A stretch of 64,000 nucleotides of DNA, taken from assembly GCA_965369655.1 (NCBI GenBank), contig CBDUQR010000008.1, forward strand, positions 12,343 through 76,342, in the 5' to 3' direction. Below are positions 59,695 through 64,000 of the stretch, piece after piece. The number at the start of each line of letters is the position of its first letter. The first letter of the stretch is position 1. The position numbers were made by a program, and so were the translations under genes. The notes under the pieces are model-generated. The model did not search any database. It was not told the DNA's origin and worked only from the letters and a program-made list of their open reading frames with translations. Source of the stretch: an uncultured bacterium (GTDB taxonomy: Bacteria; Zixibacteria; MSB-5A5; JAABVY01; JAHJOQ01).

Positions 59695-60465
59695 CTAAAC
59701 CTTAATCTCTAACTTCGAGAAGCTCTCGTATGTCTTGCGCGATGTCATGTCGATCCCGATAGGCGTGATTGAAATATACCCCGCGTTGACCGCGGAATAG
59801 TCCGAACCATCAACCTCGAACCATTCGGGTTCGCCGCCAATCCAGTAGTAACGTTTGCCGCGAGGATCAGTCTTCTCGACTATAATATCGTTGTAGACTC
59901 GTTTGCCGAGCTTTGTGATTCTGGCGCCTTTGAACTTCTTCCTGCCGAGATACGGTATATTAATATTCAGAAGATTGCAGTCCGGGAATGGCCAGTCCCA
60001 GAGTTGCCGCACGATCTTCCGCACAGCACGAGCAGCAGGCTGATAGTCGTCGGTATCCCAGTCGGTGAGCGACACCGCAATCGATGGTATTCCGACAATC
60101 GACCCCTCGATCGCTGCGGCTACCGTGCCGGAATATGTCACATCATCACCCATGTTCGGTCCGCGATTGATGCCGGATATCAGCAGGTCCGGCTTGCGTC
60201 CTTTGAGAAGCGCATGCACAGCAATCATAACAGCATCAGTCGGTGTGCCATCGACAGAGTAACGATTCTCGGCGAGCTTGTTGATCCGCAACGGTCTCTG
60301 CAATGTCAGCGAATGGCTCGCCGCCGACTGCTCTCGATCAGGTGCGACGGTGAATATGTTCGACAGCTTTCTGATTTCCTTTTCGAGCGCTTTCAGACCG
60401 GGCGCGAAATGGCCATCGTCGTTTGTCAGGAGAATCAATTTGTCATTCGAAATCTTTCTTGCCAT
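59695..60465 (-). CDS. surE: 5'/3'-nucleotidase SurE
   Basis: ILLTNDDG, QSAASHS, GTPTD, SGINRGPN, YSGTV. Confidence 0.96.
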   Translation of the reverse strand: MARKISNDKLILLTNDDGHFAPGLKALEKEIRKLSNIFTVAPDREQSAASHSLTLQRPLRINKLAENRYSVDGTPTDAVMIAVHALLKGRKPDLLISGINRGPNMGDDVTYSGTVAAAIEGSIVGIPSIAVSLTDWDTDDYQPAARAVRKIVRQLWDWPFPDCNLLNINIPYLGRKKFKGARITKLGKRVYNDIIVEKTDPRGKRYYWIGGEPEWFEVDGSDYSAVNAGYISITPIGIDMTSRKTYESFSKLEIKV

Positions 60466-60518
60466 AATACTCACTCAGCTTGTAATTCTATATAGCACCG
60501 GCGCGCATGATTCGCAAG

Positions 60519-61193
60519 CTACCAGAAGAAGCTCCGCACGAGGATTCGCATGAATCTCCAACTGTCGCGGAACGGATTGATAAAACTCGTCGAGTCTCCA
60601 TATATGGTAGGGACTCTGATCTCGCCAATCCTGAGACCGAACTTCCCGGCTTTCATAAGAATCTCTGATTCGTAGTCATACCGTGTTCCACGTGTCCTCA
60701 GATTGCGAACCACATCAGTACGCATCCACCTGTAGCCTGATTGTGTGTCGCGCATACATGCTCCCGCCAGTAACGAGATGAGCGCCGAAGTCATGAAGTT
60801 CGACAGAGCTCTGTGAGAAGGCATTCTGGATGTCCTCTTTCTGGCTCCGATGATCATGTCGTAATCTTCCGACGAGGCGAGTTTGACGAATTCAGGTATA
60901 CACTCAGGATCATGCTGCAGATCAGCATCGATTGTCACAAGACCGTCATATCCATTTTCGGATGCGTACTGAAGCCCGGTCTTGATAGCAGCGCCCTTGC
61001 CCTGGTTGGCTTCATGGGAAATGACTCGCACACCGGCAGTCTCAGCGGTCTCTGCTGTGCTGTCAGTCGAGCCATCATCGACAACGAGTATCTCACAGTC
61101 GGGCGCGACATCCCGCAGGCGCTTCAGCAACTCAGCTATCGACCCGGACGCATTGTAAGCCGGAACCAGGATCAGATTGCGAACTGGATTCAT
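60519..61193 (-). CDS. glycosyltransferase family 2 (DPM1-like)
   Basis: VPAYN, VDDGSTD, NQGKG, DADLQH, DTQSGYR. Confidence 0.92.
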   Translation of the reverse strand: MNPVRNLILVPAYNASGSIAELLKRLRDVAPDCEILVVDDGSTDSTAETAETAGVRVISHEANQGKGAAIKTGLQYASENGYDGLVTIDADLQHDPECIPEFVKLASSEDYDMIIGARKRTSRMPSHRALSNFMTSALISLLAGACMRDTQSGYRWMRTDVVRNLRTRGTRYDYESEILMKAGKFGLRIGEIRVPTIYGDSTSFINPFRDSWRFMRILVRSFFW

Positions 61194-61249
61194 ATTGTCA
61201 AGTTATGGGAACCTGTCGTTCAAATCAACGTAAATGGAGAGAAGAAAAA

Positions 61250-61327
61250 TGGTCGGGGAGACGGGATTTGAACCTGCGACCTCCTGACCCCCAGTCAGGC
61301 GCGCTAACCAAGCTGCGCCACTCCCCG
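61250..61327 (-). tRNA. tRNA-Pro(GGG)
   Basis: CGGGGAG acceptor; CCTGA-CTGGGGG-TCAGG; encoded CCA. The merR-tRNA-Pro arrangement is common. Confidence 0.95.
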
Positions 61328-61365
61328 ACGCATTCAACGGTTATATACGTAACGTTACCTGTAAA

Positions 61366-61722
61366 TCAAGACAAAAGTTCGATCAGGGTTTCTATTTCCT
61401 TCTTGATAGCGAGAAGGTCCTTCTTGAGGCGGTTTTTCCCTTGCGGCTTAGCCTTATTCATCCGGTTCTTCCTGTCGTTCCTGATCTGCTGCCTGGCTCC
61501 TTCGATCGTGTAGCCTTCTTCATAGAGCAATCTCTTGATTTCCAGGAGCAACACGATCTCTTTTTTCTGGTAGACCCGATTGCCGCTGCGGTTTTTCTTC
61601 GGTTTGAGGCTGGGGAACTCTTTCTCCCAGAAGCGCAGGACATACTGCTTGACGTTGACTATTCGGGCGACTTCCGAGATCGAGTAATAAAGCTTATCAG
61701 GAGCGATGTTCTGAACCTTCAA
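61366..61722 (-). CDS. MerR family transcriptional regulator
   Basis: KLYYSISEV..VLRFWEKEF..GNRVY..GYTIEGA; TTG start at 61722 with SD GGAGG. Confidence 0.92.
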   Translation of the reverse strand: MKVQNIAPDKLYYSISEVARIVNVKQYVLRFWEKEFPSLKPKKNRSGNRVYQKKEIVLLLEIKRLLYEEGYTIEGARQQIRNDRKNRMNKAKPQGKNRLKKDLLAIKKEIETLIELLS

Positions 61723-61780
61723 GGCCTCCCCCAAGCGTAGGGCTGGACAATCCCTTGCATCACACGGTAGAACCAGAAAC

Positions 61781-61809
61781 AATATATAGACTTGTGTAGC
61801 GAATGTCAA
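61781..61809 (-). promoter_or_regulatory. sigma70-like promoter for merR
   Basis: TTGACA-17 bp-TATATT. Confidence 0.6.
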
Positions 61810-61818
61810 GCTGGCGGT

Positions 61819-62829
61819 TTAATTTTCTGACCTTAAATCTCTGCTCATCAACTCGTTTACGGCTTGCAGTGGATCTTTCTCTTCAAACAGTATGCGGTAG
61901 ACCTGCTCTGTTATGGGCATTTCCACCCCGAGTCTGCCTGCGAGATCATGGACAGACCGTGTGGTATTCACACCCTCCGCCACCATAACCATCTGTGACA
62001 GGACTTCGCGCAGAGTCTGCCCCTTTCCGATACATTCACCCACATACCGATTGCGAGAGTGTTTCGACATACAGGTCGTGACGAGATCGCCGATACCGGA
62101 CAGCCCTGCGAATGTCAGCAAATCGGCTCCGAGTTCACGTCCGAGACGGGCGATTTCCGCGAGGCCCCTGGTCATCAGAGCGCCGGCGGTGTTATCTCCG
62201 AAACCAAGTCCGGCGCTGATTCCTGCAGCTATCGCTATGATATTCTTGACCGACCCGCCAAGTTCGACGCCAACTATATCTGACGATGTATAAAGCCTGA
62301 AATACTCATTGTTCAGAAGCCGCTGCACATGCTGTGCCGCATCAAGCGATTCGCACGCCACCACGACCGATGTCGGAAGTCCCCTCGATACCTCCTCGGC
62401 ATGCGATGGCCCGGAAAGAGTAACAATATTGCTGGAATCCGCCCCGGGGATTTCCTCGGCGATAACCTGCGACATTCGCAAACATGTGTCGTTCTCAATT
62501 CCTTTCGCGCAGTTGACATAGAGGCTGATGTCGCGTTTCAATATCGAGAGATTCTCTGAGGTTTGTCTGATCGTGTGCGATGGTATCACAAAAAGGGCTG
62601 TTTCCGCATTCGCTGTCGCCTTACTCAGGTCGGATGTCACCGTGACGCCATCAGGAATCCTGATGCCGGGAAGCTTTTCGGGATTCTCGCGGGTATTTTG
62701 CAGGGACTCTGCGTCCCTCTCGTCGAATTCCCAGATCACGACATCGTAACCGTTCGCGTTCAGCACGAGAGTCAGGGCGATCCCCCATGACCCACCGCCG
62801 AAAACAGCTACTCGTTTGCTATCTGACAT
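61819..62829 (-). CDS. gpsA: NAD(P)H-dependent glycerol-3-phosphate dehydrogenase
   Basis: GGGSWG, AKGIE, SGPSHA, GGSVKN, GDLVTTC.S.HSRN, AEG. Confidence 0.96.
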   Translation of the reverse strand: MSDSKRVAVFGGGSWGIALTLVLNANGYDVVIWEFDERDAESLQNTRENPEKLPGIRIPDGVTVTSDLSKATANAETALFVIPSHTIRQTSENLSILKRDISLYVNCAKGIENDTCLRMSQVIAEEIPGADSSNIVTLSGPSHAEEVSRGLPTSVVVACESLDAAQHVQRLLNNEYFRLYTSSDIVGVELGGSVKNIIAIAAGISAGLGFGDNTAGALMTRGLAEIARLGRELGADLLTFAGLSGIGDLVTTCMSKHSRNRYVGECIGKGQTLREVLSQMVMVAEGVNTTRSVHDLAGRLGVEMPITEQVYRILFEEKDPLQAVNELMSRDLRSEN

Positions 62830-63457
62830 CTACCCTCTTGAACTTGTTTTCCTCGCCATGCACGAGCCTGACTATGTTCTCCCGATGAGCGTACGCAATA
62901 ACCACGAAAAGCGCAAATGTAAACAGCAGCAGCGTCGAATCGACCTGCTGACCCAGTGCGAATTTTTCCACAAGCAAAGTCACTGGAAGCGACGCCGAAG
63001 CGATCAGCGATCCCGCAGAGATATATCGCGTAGTAAAAAACACCACGCCGAACACCGCAACCGCTACGGCCACTTCGATCGGCAAGAGCGCGACGCAGAC
63101 TCCCAGCGCGGTCAGGACTCCCTTTCCACCCTTGAAGCCTGCGAAAACCGTATATATGTGACCGACAACTGCGGCACAACCGCACAATACCTGGAACTGA
63201 ATCTCGTTGATCGGCATGTTTCCGGCGTAGAGCGCCGGTGCGATGAATGCAGTCGATGCCAGTCCCTTGCCGATATCGAGAAGTGCCACGATCCCCGCCG
63301 GGAGCAGACCGGCCACTCGGTAGACGTTTGTAAAACCGGTGCTGCCAGATCCGAAATCGCGGACATCGACCCCCTTCGCAAGTCGAGTCACCAGAATCCC
63401 GAATGGTATCGCCCCGCATGCATAAGATGCTACCAATCCAAGGGTAAGTTCAATCAT
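62819..63457 (-). CDS. plsY: glycerol-3-phosphate acyltransferase PlsY
   Basis: GAIPFG, DVRDFGSGSTGFTNVYR, DIGKG, FKGGKGV, HRENIVRL. Confidence 0.96.
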   Translation of the reverse strand: MIELTLGLVASYACGAIPFGILVTRLAKGVDVRDFGSGSTGFTNVYRVAGLLPAGIVALLDIGKGLASTAFIAPALYAGNMPINEIQFQVLCGCAAVVGHIYTVFAGFKGGKGVLTALGVCVALLPIEVAVAVAVFGVVFFTTRYISAGSLIASASLPVTLLVEKFALGQQVDSTLLLFTFALFVVIAYAHRENIVRLVHGEENKFKRVDVR

Positions 63458-63567
63458 CTCCAACCTGCGCACAAGAACGGCAGATGTGGAGAGGTCGTCT
63501 CAGAAGTTCTGGTCTCTAGTATCATGTCCCAGGAATCCATTCACAATAAAAAGCGGCATATTAAATC

Positions 63568-63952
63568 GTGGCATGGGCATCTTGCCCATGATTCACGGGC
63601 AGGATGCCCGTGCTACTACATAAGAATATATGAACATATATCCGGGACACGACACTAGTAGGTCGGTGTTCCGCAGCAGGCGAAACCTGCAAGAAACCCG
63701 ACTCCCGCACAACAAGATAGAAGTGTCGCGCTTCTTTCCTGATTACATAAGGTTCGGAACACGACCTGCTTTTGGGACAACCTCTGGACATCTGCCGCCC
63801 ACGGAATGTTGATCTTGAATAGTGAACCCACCCGACGCTACGCTTTGGGTGGGCTACCGGCTCCTAGTCGCAAACAACATATAGTATGCAGAGCGCAGTG
63901 GTCAATAACATTCTTGCGGCAGAAGTCAGCAGGTGTCGGGGACACCTGCCCT
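63568..63952. repeat. cluster of REP-like elements
   Basis: GTGGCATGGGCATCTTGCCCATG/CACGGGCAGGATGCCCGTGCTAC pair; GGACATCTGCCGCCCAC; CCCACCC..GGGTGGGCTAC; GCAGGTGTCGGGGACACCTGC. Confidence 0.7.
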
Positions 63953-64000
63953 TGTATATTCTCTTCGTATTGGTTTATAATGGTTAAGGATCGGGATGAA

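Overview
64 kb of bacterial chromosome, almost entirely coded on the minus strand. Cys-flanked C-terminal dockerin-like tags (CGDADxSGGVDIDDVxYLxxYIFxGGPxP) and porU/porV point to an FCB-related lineage, most likely Zixibacteria (inference, no search run). From left to right: a partial BtuB-like TonB receptor under a cobalamin riboswitch; rlmN-der-DUF512; tRNA-Gly; a TM-ATPase-TPR gene; then a tightly coupled ~28.5-kb gene run. In transcription order that run is porU, an unusual porV with a ~720-aa propeller/LysM-like insert, an M6-like protease with a T9SS CTD, two paralogous envelope proteins, an NHL lipoprotein, a large OMP, Omp85, a DGGGP-synthase-like UbiA, and the moxR-DUF58-batA-E cluster. 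After it come VOC plus a SEFIR gene, asparaginase II-tryptophanase, dockerin-tagged surface proteins, an ABC-ATPase/TOPRIM-like pair, GH57, a FadL-like OMP, apt/acyP/LOG, surE, GT2, merR, gpsA-plsY and three more tRNAs. Intergenic DNA carries many palindromic REP/RPE/MITE-like elements, often nested. One sits in frame inside a coding sequence. No CRISPR, integrase, transposase or reverse transcriptase is visible. All family calls come from motif recognition, not database searches.
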